Below are positions 18,297 through 28,585 of a stretch of DNA of 64,000 bases, piece by piece; position 1 is the first letter of the stretch, and every line of letters starts with the position of its first letter. Under the pieces are notes generated by a model. The model was given only the letters and a program-made list of their open reading frames with translations, ran no database searches and was not told where the DNA came from. A program made the position numbers and the translations under genes. Location of the stretch: assembly GCA_020348985.1 (NCBI GenBank), contig CP070761.1, forward strand, positions 1,075,713-1,139,712. Direction: 5' to 3'. The DNA is from Candidatus Thorarchaeota archaeon. GTDB lineage: Archaea > Asgardarchaeota > Thorarchaeia > Thorarchaeales > Thorarchaeaceae.

Positions 18297-19667
18297 ATGG
18301 CACTCCACAAAGTGAATTCACGCCGGATTCCTTCGCTTCTCCTTGTGCTTGCATTATTGTTTGCTTCAAGTCCAATCTCTGCAGATTCCAATCCAAATGC
18401 ATCATCAGTAGATTTCATCCAGCTGAAGGAAGAGCATTCGGCCTCTAATCTGAATCAGGATAGAGCATATTGGCCTACTTCAAGTTGGGCAACATCTACA
18501 CCTGAGGCTCAAGGGATGAGTTCGGAGCGGCTGGATTCTATGATTGATTTGATATACGCCGCGGACCTAAACATTGATGCAGTAATTGTAGTGCGAAATG
18601 GCATAATTGTGCTTGAGGAGTATCCTGACCCCAACTACGACGTCAGCACTCTTCATATGATTCAATCATGTACGAAACAGTTCACTTCAACCCTTATGGG
18701 AATCGCCATTGAAAATGGGTTCATCGAAAGCGTTGACGCGAGAGTCGTTGATTTCTTTTCCGACTGGGACATCGAGAATCTAGATGATAGGAAGAGAAAC
18801 ATAACTATCAGACACTTGCTTGAATGGACTGATGGACTAGATTGGCATGAACTAGACTATCCATACGATGATCCTCGAAACACACTTGGTCAGATGTGGG
18901 TCAGTGATAACGCAGTCAAGTACTGTCTAGACCGTCCGATGGTTAGAGACCCTGGGGAGCAATGGTACGTGAACTCAGGAACCATGATTATTGCAGGCGG
19001 AATAATAACTCGTGTGACAGGCTTGACTGTTCCAGAATTCGCGGAGGAGCATCTGTTTGGGTCCATAGGAATCGATTCCTATCACTGGTCAATGATTGGC
19101 GGAGGCAGCGCAGGTGGCTGGTATCACTCTGATGGAGGGCTTTATCTGACGCCCAGAGACATGGCCAGGTACGGATTCCTCATGTTGAACAACGGCACAT
19201 GGGACCAAGAACAGATTGTTTCACAACAATGGGTGGGTGATGCGACAAACCTGCAGGTTCAAACAACTTGGGGACAACCCTACTCAGGATTCGGTTATCA
19301 ATGGTACATTATGCCTTCACTGGGTGCCTATGCAGCGTTGGGCCATTATCAACAATCGATATTCGTAGTTCCTGAACACGATCTCGTTGTGGTGTTCACT
19401 GGGAATATCGCTGACGGGGACCCCTATTGGGACGCCGGCTTCCTAGAATACAACATCATTCGTGCGGTCACTGAATACAGACCCCCCGAAAGTATAGCAA
19501 CTACGGACATAGGCATTACCAATTCTACAACGACAAGTAGTGGTTACGATACTTCGGAACTGATAGCACTGCAAAATACTGTGTTTGTCCTTGTGGTTGC
19601 TGGTGTACTTGCTCTCCTGACATTTGCTGCTTCAGGGAGGATACTGACACGTAGGAATAGCCGCTAA
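18297..19667 (+). CDS. Secreted serine hydrolase (beta-lactamase class C family) with C-terminal TM anchor
   Basis: Signal peptide, SCTK (SxxK), ITIRHLL, YVN, LTPRDMARYG, Thr/Ser linker, TM then RRNSR. Confidence 0.88.
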   Translation: MALHKVNSRRIPSLLLVLALLFASSPISADSNPNASSVDFIQLKEEHSASNLNQDRAYWPTSSWATSTPEAQGMSSERLDSMIDLIYAADLNIDAVIVVRNGIIVLEEYPDPNYDVSTLHMIQSCTKQFTSTLMGIAIENGFIESVDARVVDFFSDWDIENLDDRKRNITIRHLLEWTDGLDWHELDYPYDDPRNTLGQMWVSDNAVKYCLDRPMVRDPGEQWYVNSGTMIIAGGIITRVTGLTVPEFAEEHLFGSIGIDSYHWSMIGGGSAGGWYHSDGGLYLTPRDMARYGFLMLNNGTWDQEQIVSQQWVGDATNLQVQTTWGQPYSGFGYQWYIMPSLGAYAALGHYQQSIFVVPEHDLVVVFTGNIADGDPYWDAGFLEYNIIRAVTEYRPPESIATTDIGITNSTTTSSGYDTSELIALQNTVFVLVVAGVLALLTFAASGRILTRRNSR

Positions 19668-19796
19668 GTATGGAATCTGGTGACTAGCAATTCTGTTCTG
19701 CAATTGTTCATCAATTTCATCCGGCCTTAACAAATATCAGTCACCTCTGCAATACTGGATAGCTAATCTATGCATGATTTGAAAGGAGACTAGAGG

Positions 19797-21566
19797 ATGA
19801 CAGAAGAGCTTTACTGGCAGGATGGGCCACATTGGCCCGAAACAGCAAGAAAGTCTTTGGACTATCCAGAGGAACCGCTCTTTGCGATATTGGACAGAGC
19901 CGCTGAGAAGAGTGGCGATTTGCCCCACACAGTCTTCATGGGCAAATCGAAAACTTTCAGAGAGGTAAGAGATGCAGCAGATAGAATTGCCAATTTCTTG
20001 GTAAAAAGGGGTGTGAAGCAGGATGATAGAGTTGCGATATTCCTGCCAAACGTTCCTCATTTTCCAGAAGTCTTCTTTGGATCGCTCAAGGCAGGAGCAA
20101 AGGTCGTTACATGTAATCCACTGTACAAGAAAGGAGAACTGAAGTACCAGTTAGATGACACTGATGCAGTTGCTATCTTTGTCTTGGATCATCCCACATT
20201 CACACCTACCTGCTATGAAGCAATCAAAGACACGAAGGTGGAGACTGTTGTTGTTTGCAGTGTAAAGCCGTGGCTTTCGAAGATTACGGCGTTCATAGGA
20301 GGTTTGATTGGAAAGGTTCCGAAAAGCCCCTATTATGAGGAAGACAAGACCTTCTTTTACGATGAGATTCTTGCCAACTATGAACCAGAAGTACCAACAT
20401 TGACAGTGGATCCACACGATACGGCCATCCTAATCTATACGGGCGGCACAACAGGGGTCCCCAAGGGAGCGGAGCTAACTCACTACAACCTGGCCTCCAA
20501 TCTTGTGCAGATTTCTGAGTGGGTGTATCTGAGAGCGGAAGACATTGCTGAGGATGCGGAGCCAGGAGGAGCCAGATACGGAAGAGAGGTCTATATTGGC
20601 GCCCTCCCGTGGTACCACTCCTACGGCTTGACCGTGACATTCTTGATGTCTGTATTCTTCGCCGGTAAGCTGGTTTGTATTCCAGATCCTAGATCCGGTA
20701 AACCCCCCTTGTCTGACCTCCTTAAGGAAATGGCCGACAACAAAGGGACTGTATTCAATTGTGTTCCTGCCCTGTACGCCGGTGTTGTCAATCATCCAGA
20801 CATCGCGAAATATGATCTTACTTCAATCAGCATTTGTAGTTCCGGAGCCGCTCCTCTACCACCATCCCTCGCTGAGGAATGGGAGAAGGTCACAGGAACC
20901 CTACTAATAGAGGGTTATGGCCTTACAGAGACCTCGCCAGTGACTCACACCAACCCAACAAACAAGGCCCACAGGAAATTCGGTTCCATAGGCCTTCCAC
21001 TCCCTGACACAATATGTAAGATTCTGGACATTGATACCGGAACTCAAGAGATGCCTATTGGAGAGACTGGTGAGATTGCACTGCATGGTCCGCAAGTGAT
21101 GAAAGGGTATTGGATGAAACCAGAAGAAACCGCAGCAGTCATGAGAGACATCGGCGGTAAGCGCTTCTTCCTTACGGGTGACATTGGACACATGGACGAA
21201 GAAGGTTATACGTACATCAGTGACCGGAAGAAACAGATGATAATTGTGGGCGGTCTCAAGGCCTACCCCCGAGAGATCGAAGACACGTACTTTGAACATC
21301 CGAAGGTGAAGATGGCTGCGGCCATTGGGATTCCGAGAGGGGATGACCCTGGGAATGAGTTCGTCAAAGCATTCATAGTTCTCAAGGACGGCGAGACAGC
21401 CACACCCGAAGAGTTCATCGAATGGGCAAGGGACAAGATGGCCGGGTACAAGCGACCCAGAGAGGTTGACATTGTGGACGAACTTCCGATGAGTCAAGTC
21501 GGAAAGGTACTAAGGCGAGTTCTGCGTGAAGAGGAACTCAAGAGGAGAGGAATAACAGACGCGTGA
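19797..21566 (+). CDS. Long-chain-fatty-acid--CoA ligase (AMP-binding), paralog 2
   Basis: YTGGTTGVPKG, EGYGLTETSP, TGD, GKVLRR; clearly paralogous to 14729-16462. Confidence 0.93.
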   Translation: MTEELYWQDGPHWPETARKSLDYPEEPLFAILDRAAEKSGDLPHTVFMGKSKTFREVRDAADRIANFLVKRGVKQDDRVAIFLPNVPHFPEVFFGSLKAGAKVVTCNPLYKKGELKYQLDDTDAVAIFVLDHPTFTPTCYEAIKDTKVETVVVCSVKPWLSKITAFIGGLIGKVPKSPYYEEDKTFFYDEILANYEPEVPTLTVDPHDTAILIYTGGTTGVPKGAELTHYNLASNLVQISEWVYLRAEDIAEDAEPGGARYGREVYIGALPWYHSYGLTVTFLMSVFFAGKLVCIPDPRSGKPPLSDLLKEMADNKGTVFNCVPALYAGVVNHPDIAKYDLTSISICSSGAAPLPPSLAEEWEKVTGTLLIEGYGLTETSPVTHTNPTNKAHRKFGSIGLPLPDTICKILDIDTGTQEMPIGETGEIALHGPQVMKGYWMKPEETAAVMRDIGGKRFFLTGDIGHMDEEGYTYISDRKKQMIIVGGLKAYPREIEDTYFEHPKVKMAAAIGIPRGDDPGNEFVKAFIVLKDGETATPEEFIEWARDKMAGYKRPREVDIVDELPMSQVGKVLRRVLREEELKRRGITDA

Positions 21567-21583
21567 TCAAAGGTAAGAGGGCT

Positions 21584-22102
21584 CTATTCAGGAAGGTGTT
21601 CCTTATGCCTACGCCCGAGCTCGATGTAGACCTGAGCTCCTAGTATGAACGATTCCTTGAGTCCCTCTGAAACTTCTTTCTTGACCTTGCCTGGGATTCC
21701 CAGAACAAGACTTCCATCAGGGATGACTGAGTTCTCAGTGACTACCGATCCTGCTCCGATGACACAGTCTTTTCCTACTTTGGCACCCGTAAGTACCACG
21801 GCCCCCATCCCGACAACCGTGCGGTCTCTTATCTCAGCAGCATGGATTACACTGTTGTGTCCGACAGTAACAAAGTCTCCTATGATAGATGGATACGGGA
21901 ATGTAGTGTGGATAGTGCAATTGTCTTGAACTGAGGATCCTTTGCCAATTCGGATAAAATTCATGTCGGCACGTAGCACTGCAAATTCCCATATGCTGGA
22001 ATCTTCTCCAATCTCTATATCTCCAATTAGAGATGCACGGGGAGAAACATACGCCTTTGGGTCAATTCGTGGCTTCTTTCCGTCAAACTCAAACAATCCC
22101 AA
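21584..22102 (-). CDS. Gamma-carbonic anhydrase family (YrdA/PaaY-like) hexapeptide-repeat protein
   Basis: VLRADMNFIRIG, VQDNCTIH, VTVGHNSVIH, GIPGK; TTG 22102 after GGTG. Confidence 0.9.
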   Translation of the reverse strand: MGLFEFDGKKPRIDPKAYVSPRASLIGDIEIGEDSSIWEFAVLRADMNFIRIGKGSSVQDNCTIHTTFPYPSIIGDFVTVGHNSVIHAAEIRDRTVVGMGAVVLTGAKVGKDCVIGAGSVVTENSVIPDGSLVLGIPGKVKKEVSEGLKESFILGAQVYIELGRRHKEHLPE

Positions 22103-22208
22103 TACAGGCACCAAGATGCCGGGACGATTCTTGGTCTTTAAGCATATTGAAAAGGCGATTCGCCGACATCGTTCCATGGTCTGCATTTCGGTTTCGGAGT
22201 GTTCCTAG

Positions 22209-22820
22209 GTGCCATTTACGCTGTTCCACTATGTGTTTGCATGGGCAGTTGCCAAGTTGGACAGGAGATTCTCGCTTCCCGCGCTTTTTGTGGGCTCAGT
22301 AATGCCAGACGTGGAGGTTCCAATCATAAGACTGTTCTTTAGTGAAGTGGTGCCAGATCACTATGTGCTTCATAGCTTAATACAGACATTGACTTTAGGC
22401 CTCCTCCTATCTGTACTGGTAGTAAGATTCCTTTATCCACCGGTGATTTCGAGGCTGTTTGGTGTAGATCGATGTGCTCTGGATGAAAGCTGCAGTGTAG
22501 CACCTGCTTTGATTCTCTCATGCGCAATTGGCTTGGCTGGGCACTTGATTCTAGATTACCCAATGCACTACTACAACCACATTTTCTGGCCTTTTGTTGA
22601 CCCGAACATCTTGGTGGGCCCACTGGTAGCAATATTCGCTATCGAGAATGATCTGGACCTGGGATACATCAGAGCGAATGTAGCAATGAACACGGTCATG
22701 ATTCTCCTTTTTACACTGGTTTTGCTGAAGATTAGAGGTCCGGGATTCTGGGAAAGATTCTGGTTAGGAGAATCAGAGATGAAAGAAGGAGCACTTGCTA
22801 ATCAATCTACGATGGAATGA
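22209..22820 (+). CDS. DUF4184-like membrane metal-dependent hydrolase
   Basis: MPFTLFH, GSVMPD, HS, GHLILD...H motifs with TM helices. Confidence 0.75.
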   Translation: MPFTLFHYVFAWAVAKLDRRFSLPALFVGSVMPDVEVPIIRLFFSEVVPDHYVLHSLIQTLTLGLLLSVLVVRFLYPPVISRLFGVDRCALDESCSVAPALILSCAIGLAGHLILDYPMHYYNHIFWPFVDPNILVGPLVAIFAIENDLDLGYIRANVAMNTVMILLFTLVLLKIRGPGFWERFWLGESEMKEGALANQSTME

Positions 22821-23739
22821 ACCACTCTTCCAGAGAGACCTGTGACTGCGTGTCCAAGACCGCTTCGTTTTCGTAGAGCTTGCGAATGAAGTCATTGTAG
22901 GAGCTTACACTCTCGACTCGAACGTTGGCAAACAAACCATAGTCGTCACTTACTCGATGAAGATCCCACACTTGTTCCATCTGACTGATCTTCTTAGCAG
23001 CATTGGCTATACTTCCTGGCCTTGGACGAATCTGAAGAAAGAACTTGATGGGAAGACCAACGCACCCATAGTCGATGTCTAGCGAGTATCCTGCAATCGC
23101 GCCTCTGGACTCCAATCTAGTCATTGCCTTTGAGACCGCAGGTTGGCTGATTTGTGGCTTCATTGCCTTTCCAATGTCCTCTTGGGAGGGAGCAAAGGGT
23201 TTCTCCTCCGATGGAGTTCGTCGACGAAGGACATTTAGTAAATTCCAGTCTTTCTCGGTTAGTGATGGGGAGGAGTTGCTAGATTTCCTGACAATGAATC
23301 CGTTTGTTTTGTAAGTGGTAAGGACCTGTACAAGGTTGTAGGTCTGAGCTCCAGACTTCGCGACAACCCTGTCGACGTTGTCCAGAAACCTTTCGAACGC
23401 CATTGGCGAACGGAAACGAAACAGACCAAGAAGTGAATACTCACCTGAGATTCCATCGAGTGAGTGGAGCTCTGGCATGTCGATTAGCGCTTCACTAAGT
23501 CCGAGCTCTCGTGGGTTTGTCTTGACTAGGAGGATCGTGTTCCTCTCAGCATACACCTGCAGCGGATCAAGGATTGCTGTGTACGACCTGATGACGTCCA
23601 GTTTGACTAGCTTCTTCACTGTGCGGGCCACCCAGTTGCGACCCTTCTTCGCTTGTTGCCCCAGTGTGACATGACTCGCTCTGGAGTTCTTCAAAAGCAG
23701 GCCGACCAGTGTTCTTTCACTTTCTGTAATGTCTTGCAT
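22807..23739 (-). CDS. Tandem (double) Lrp/AsnC transcriptional regulator (start uncertain, 23739-23772)
   Basis: Two HTH plus RAM units: NSRAS..LGQ...VIRSYTAILDP...ISGEYSL and SQPAVSKAMTRLESRGAIAGYSLDIDY...RVSDDYGL. Confidence 0.85.
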   Translation of the reverse strand: MQDITESERTLVGLLLKNSRASHVTLGQQAKKGRNWVARTVKKLVKLDVIRSYTAILDPLQVYAERNTILLVKTNPRELGLSEALIDMPELHSLDGISGEYSLLGLFRFRSPMAFERFLDNVDRVVAKSGAQTYNLVQVLTTYKTNGFIVRKSSNSSPSLTEKDWNLLNVLRRRTPSEEKPFAPSQEDIGKAMKPQISQPAVSKAMTRLESRGAIAGYSLDIDYGCVGLPIKFFLQIRPRPGSIANAAKKISQMEQVWDLHRVSDDYGLFANVRVESVSSYNDFIRKLYENEAVLDTQSQVSLEEWFIPS

Positions 23740-23782
23740 CCCTCTCGGGTTCATCAGTGCATTCCATTCCACAATCTGATGT

Positions 23783-23800
23783 AGGATTCATATAAATCCT
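23783..23800. promoter_or_regulatory. 18-bp palindrome overlapping the divergent lrp/ahcY TATA box
   Basis: AGGATTCATATAAATCCT, 8 of 9 positions self-complementary, contains TATAAA. Confidence 0.65.
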
Positions 23801-23826
23801 CACACCGGAGCGAATCGTGATAAACA

Positions 23827-25086
23827 ATGACTGACTATAAAGTCAAAGACATAGGATTGGCCGAAGAGGGCCGAAAGCTAATCGATTATGCCGAAAAGCA
23901 CATGCCTGTGTTGATGCATCTTAGGAAGAAATACGCCGAGACGAAACCGCTCAAGGGAATGAAGATCGCTGGATGTCTTCACGTCACAAAAGAGACTGCA
24001 GTTCTAGTGGAAACTCTGCGAGATGTTGGTGCCGAGGTGGCCTGGTCTGGCTGTAACCCGTTGTCAACGAATGACCATGTAGCTGCCGGACTTGCAGCAA
24101 ATGATGTCCCAGTCTTTGCTTGGCACAATCTGAATACAGAGGACTACTATTGGTGTATCGAGCAGACTCTGAAGACTGAGCCAACGCTCACTCTTGATGA
24201 CGGAGCAGATCTAATCTTCACGCTGCACAACAAACACCAGGAGCTGATTCCGAATCTCTACGGAGGCTCTGAGGAGACCACAACTGGCGTGATTCGAGTT
24301 CGAGCAATGGCCGATGATGGAGCACTGAAGTATCCAATCATGGCTGTGAATGATGCTGCAACCAAGCACCTGTTCGACAATGTGTACGGCACTGGACAGA
24401 GTGTATTTGATGGTGTAATGAGAGCATCAGCCATTTTGATAGCTGGAAAGACTGTTGTAATTGGCGGCTATGGATTCTGTGGACGCGGGATGGCTGAACG
24501 CGCAAGAGGCTTGGGAGCTAATGTAATCGTTACAGAGGTTGATCCCGTTCGCGGATTGCAGGCGAGAATGGACGGCTTCAGAGTAATGAAAATGAGTGAA
24601 GCAGCTCCAGAAGGAGACCTGTTCCTTACTGCAACCGGCATGAAGGATGTCATTACAGGCGAACACATGAAGGTCATGAAGGACGGTGCTATGTTTGGCA
24701 ATGCTGGTCACTACAATGTGGAAATCAATGAACCTGATTTGATTGAACTCAGCAAAGGTCCAAAGAAGAGGGTGCGTCATGCACTGGATGAGTACGAGCT
24801 TAAGGATGGACGACGACTCTATTTGCTGGGCGAAGGTCGATTGGTTAATCTGACCGCGGCGGAGGGACACCCAAGTGAAGTCATGGACCTATCCTTCGCA
24901 GGCCAACTGAATGCCATGATTTGGATGGCCAAGACTGGCAAGGATCTGGAACCGGCAGTATACGAATTCCCAAAGGAACTTGACATGCAGACTGCTCAGG
25001 CAAAGCTCGAAACCATGGGCATCAAAATCGACAAGTGGACTCCCCAACAAGAAGCCTATGCAAAGGCCTACGCTGAAGGAACATAG
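23827..25086 (+). CDS. ahcY: S-adenosylhomocysteine hydrolase
   Basis: GCLHVTKET, CNPLST, DDGAD, EETTTG, KHLFDNVYGTGQS, GYGFCGRG, GRLVNL..AEGHP. Confidence 0.98.
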   Translation: MTDYKVKDIGLAEEGRKLIDYAEKHMPVLMHLRKKYAETKPLKGMKIAGCLHVTKETAVLVETLRDVGAEVAWSGCNPLSTNDHVAAGLAANDVPVFAWHNLNTEDYYWCIEQTLKTEPTLTLDDGADLIFTLHNKHQELIPNLYGGSEETTTGVIRVRAMADDGALKYPIMAVNDAATKHLFDNVYGTGQSVFDGVMRASAILIAGKTVVIGGYGFCGRGMAERARGLGANVIVTEVDPVRGLQARMDGFRVMKMSEAAPEGDLFLTATGMKDVITGEHMKVMKDGAMFGNAGHYNVEINEPDLIELSKGPKKRVRHALDEYELKDGRRLYLLGEGRLVNLTAAEGHPSEVMDLSFAGQLNAMIWMAKTGKDLEPAVYEFPKELDMQTAQAKLETMGIKIDKWTPQQEAYAKAYAEGT

Positions 25087-25094
25087 TTTTCTAA

Positions 25095-25120
25095 AAGGGG
25101 TGGTCGGAAGGCCACCTCTT
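25095..25120 (+). terminator. GNRA-capped hairpin after ahcY (terminator or stabiliser)
   Basis: AAGGGGTGGTC-GGAA-GGCCACCTCTT, 11-bp stem with two G-U pairs. Confidence 0.5.
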
Positions 25121-25198
25121 ACTTCACAAGAGCTTGTAGCCGATTTAATAGACCGTTTGTGCACCAGTTAGCCAATCAGTTGTGCGTGGTTGAGAGAG

Positions 25199-26641
25199 AT
25201 GGCATTCGGCTCTTCAGAGAAACTGTCTCGGAAGAACATGTGGGGTTATGCATTTGGAGCAATCCCTACCGGACTTCTGGGCTTCGTTTTCACCTTCAAG
25301 TACATCGAGTTCTTCTTTGACGATCTGGCCTTGCTGCCAGCATACTTCGTCGTTGGACAGATCATTTACATGACAGTGAACTCCCTTAATGACCCGCTAT
25401 CGGGACAGCTTTCAGACCGCACTGACCGAGAGCGATGGGGAAGCAGGCGATTAATCTACATCAAATACGGTGGCCCAGTGTGGGCGCTCACCTTCATGCT
25501 AGTCTGGATTCCTTGGAGCCTCACTGACCAACTTGTCATCTTCATCCACTATGTGATAACGATTTGCGCATTTGACACAATGTACACACTAGTGATTCTT
25601 CTCTGGTTGGCATTGCTTCCTGAAATGACGATGGACATTGATGAACGAAACAAGGCCCAGTTCTTCGCGACCGTCTTGGGTACAGTTGTGGTCCTGCCGG
25701 CGTTTCTCATTATCGCAAATATCAGTCCCAATTCCGACGAGTTTCGGATGATCATGTTGGTCTTTGCAGTAATATCGACATTCTTCCTCTTTCTGACCGC
25801 CAGCATGTGTGAAGAGCGACCTGAGTTTCAGAGCGATGAAGTATACTCACTGAAAGAATCAATTCTGGCCACGTTCAGGTCCAATTCATTTCTTGTCTAC
25901 GCAGGCTTCTACTTCGCCCAGAATCTGCTCGGTAGCCTAGGGCTCAGCTATTTCTTCATCTACATAATGTTGCTAGAAGTGATATCTCCTGGGTTGAACA
26001 TCATTCTCCTGTTCTTCATAATCTACTTCATTGTAGGATATGGAGGGAACATCATAGCAATGCGGCTACGGCCAAGATGGGGCATGAGGGGAGTCATCTT
26101 GAAGTTTGGAGTAGTCCGGGTAATAGCGTCTCTTGCACTGTTCTTCATAATCTTGGTACCTTCATTGGAATGGGTGATCTGGTACGGACTCATTCTGACA
26201 ACTTTGGCTTCAGGGTATGGCATCTTCCACATACCAATGCAATACTTGGCAATAGACGAGGATGAGGTCTTACATGGTTCTAGAAGAGAAGGAATGTTCA
26301 TCGGAGTTATGGCGTTGTTGACGCGGCCGGGAACAAGCCTAGGACCCATAATAGCCACCTTCGTTCTAGCTACATTGGGATATATCCAGGGCGGTGGTGT
26401 AGAAGCACAACCGGCTTCGGCTTTCCTTGGAATCAAGATTCTGTGGCTTCTCGTCCCAGCACTAGTTGCCGCGTTAAGTCTCGTCTTCATATACTACTAT
26501 CCACTTCATGGTGAGCGTTTAGCAGAGATGCAAGAAAAGCTAAAAGAACTTCACAAGAAGAAGAGGACTGCCTTTCTGTCTGCAAAGGAAATCGCAACCG
26601 AGCTTGCAGAGAATACGGATGGGCCTCAAATGGAGGATTAG
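25199..26641 (+). CDS. MFS glycoside-pentoside-hexuronide (MelB/GPH) family sugar transporter
   Basis: NDPLSGQLSDRT...WGSRR, LLPEMT.DIDER, IDEDEV.HG.RREG, YYYPL. Confidence 0.9.
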   Translation: MAFGSSEKLSRKNMWGYAFGAIPTGLLGFVFTFKYIEFFFDDLALLPAYFVVGQIIYMTVNSLNDPLSGQLSDRTDRERWGSRRLIYIKYGGPVWALTFMLVWIPWSLTDQLVIFIHYVITICAFDTMYTLVILLWLALLPEMTMDIDERNKAQFFATVLGTVVVLPAFLIIANISPNSDEFRMIMLVFAVISTFFLFLTASMCEERPEFQSDEVYSLKESILATFRSNSFLVYAGFYFAQNLLGSLGLSYFFIYIMLLEVISPGLNIILLFFIIYFIVGYGGNIIAMRLRPRWGMRGVILKFGVVRVIASLALFFIILVPSLEWVIWYGLILTTLASGYGIFHIPMQYLAIDEDEVLHGSRREGMFIGVMALLTRPGTSLGPIIATFVLATLGYIQGGGVEAQPASAFLGIKILWLLVPALVAALSLVFIYYYPLHGERLAEMQEKLKELHKKKRTAFLSAKEIATELAENTDGPQMED

Positions 26642-27804
26642 TTGGGAACGTCTATGGGATAGTTGCCATACTTTTCACGGATTCTCATGACAGCCTCCCA
26701 TCTGTCGATGGCAATTGTAGGAATGATGCTGTGACCGCTACTGAAAATGTATCCTCCACCTGGTGCAAGTTCTCGGATTAGCTTCTTACTATATGTTTCA
26801 ATCTCTTGGATTGTGCCTGTGGCCAGCATAACTGGACTGATGTTACCAACGAAAGTGATTTTGTCACCATACTTCTCATGGAGCTTGAAGATGTCATATT
26901 CAGGGTTGGCTGTCGTGGGCTCGATGGGGTTCAATGCATCGATTCCACAGTTCACTATATCCTCAAAGATTAGTGATAGATCCCCATCAGAGTGAAGAAG
27001 AATCTTGGAGCCATGTTTGTGTGCCTCATCACAGATACGTTTTAGCCAAGGAAAGATGTAGGTGTGATAGTTTCGAGGACTCATGAATAGTCCATTCTTG
27101 AAGCCATAGTCATCCCAGATTAGAATAAGCTCGGCACCGTTCTCCCCAAGGATCTTCACCAATTCAAGTGCAAGATTCCCTTTGTCATCAAAGACTTTCT
27201 TTGCTTGCTTGGGTTTTGCTAAGATGCGTGAGAATACTTCGATTCCAAAAGGTTCCCAAGCTGGCTCGAACATCCCGCCAATGGCAGGCACGGATAAGAT
27301 TTCGTTGTTCATCTGTTCTTGGACTTGCTTTCCAGCCAGAAAAGCGGCAAGTCGCCTCTTCTCATGAGGGCTTGGTTGCTTCCATTTCTCGTAATCTTCA
27401 AAGCTCTTGAAGTGGCCTCCACGATAACCCAGAATCACTGTGCCATCCTCGTAGGAGTCAACCTTCATGACCCTCCCGAACTCATCTATGTAACCACCTG
27501 GGATGCCCTTCCGGTACGTATGGGTCACATAGCTGAGCGCAATGTCAATCTTCACGCGCCTTAGGAGCTCATATCCATCTACTAGCACTTTGACCAGCCA
27601 CTTCTGACTCGAGAACGCCAAGTTTGCAAGCCGATCCCTGCCCGGTAGACGTTTGATAGAATCATATCCATCCTTAAGTCCAGTACCTGGTTCGACCCCA
27701 TAATGCCTCATGATTGTGTTGTTTGTGAAAGCACTCTCAAAGGCAGGTACCCGGTCAGATTCTTCATGATTAAGTGCTTTCAGAACGCGTGTCGGAGCAT
27801 CCAT
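26638..27804 (-). CDS. UroD/MtaA superfamily methyltransferase-like protein (HxD...H type)
   Basis: RVLKALNHEESDRVP, DEFG, WDDYG...FMSP, LHSDG, DALNPIEP, APGGGYIFSSGHS. Confidence 0.9.
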   Translation of the reverse strand: MDAPTRVLKALNHEESDRVPAFESAFTNNTIMRHYGVEPGTGLKDGYDSIKRLPGRDRLANLAFSSQKWLVKVLVDGYELLRRVKIDIALSYVTHTYRKGIPGGYIDEFGRVMKVDSYEDGTVILGYRGGHFKSFEDYEKWKQPSPHEKRRLAAFLAGKQVQEQMNNEILSVPAIGGMFEPAWEPFGIEVFSRILAKPKQAKKVFDDKGNLALELVKILGENGAELILIWDDYGFKNGLFMSPRNYHTYIFPWLKRICDEAHKHGSKILLHSDGDLSLIFEDIVNCGIDALNPIEPTTANPEYDIFKLHEKYGDKITFVGNISPVMLATGTIQEIETYSKKLIRELAPGGGYIFSSGHSIIPTIAIDRWEAVMRIREKYGNYPIDVPN

Positions 27805-27809
27805 CGTGG

Positions 27810-28439
27810 CTATCCCTCCAGAAGTGCTCGGATTCTCCTGACTCCTTCGATTGCGTCTGCTCCGAAGTCATCCGCCCCCAGTTCCTTGGCCAGTTCCATG
27901 TTGAGTGGGGCTCCCCCTACGATTATCTTCACTCCGTCACGAAGTCCTGCTTCTTTGAGAGCTTGATCAACAACAGAAATCTCCCTCAACGTCATTGTTA
28001 GCAGGCAGCTCAGTGCAACTACCCTGGCACCGGCCTCTCGCACGGTCTCTACAATCTTTTCGGAGGGACAGTCCATTCCAAGGTCAATGATTTCCAGACC
28101 AGATGACAAGAGCATAGTGATGAGCAGATTCTTACCGATGTCATGATTGTCGCCCCTAACAGTAGCAACAACAATCCTATCCTTCACTTCCGACTCATCC
28201 GATTTCAGGTGGGGTTCAAGGACTGCAAGAGCATCCTTCACTGTCTCGCCCGCTAAGACCAGCTCAGCAAGGAAGTACTCAGATGACTCGTAACGACGTC
28301 CAACTTCGTCGAGACCGCTTGTCAATGCATTGAGAATCGCTCCGGGGGCAGCTCCTGCGTCAAGTTCTGCCTTCACTGCTTCACCTATGTTGTCAATATC
28401 GAGTTCAATCATCTTTCTACTGATGTCTTCGAGAGTCAC
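27810..28439 (-). CDS. Corrinoid (B12-binding) methyl-carrier protein, MtaC/MttC-like
   Basis: Cap domain GLDEVGRRYE..EYFLAEL, GDNHDIGKN (DxHxxG), SCLLT, VGGAP; GTG start after AGGAGG. Confidence 0.95.
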   Translation of the reverse strand: MTLEDISRKMIELDIDNIGEAVKAELDAGAAPGAILNALTSGLDEVGRRYESSEYFLAELVLAGETVKDALAVLEPHLKSDESEVKDRIVVATVRGDNHDIGKNLLITMLLSSGLEIIDLGMDCPSEKIVETVREAGARVVALSCLLTMTLREISVVDQALKEAGLRDGVKIIVGGAPLNMELAKELGADDFGADAIEGVRRIRALLEG

Positions 28440-28585
28440 CTTCTCTCCTCCTAGAACCATTTCCGCGGAGTTCACTCTGCTGGCAGGACAATTGGGAAAC
28501 AGTGTAATATTACTTCCTTCACCTAGTCAACTCGAAGAAGATTAATCGCAGATTGTCTCTGGAATTGGGAAGGGAGAATGCACAG

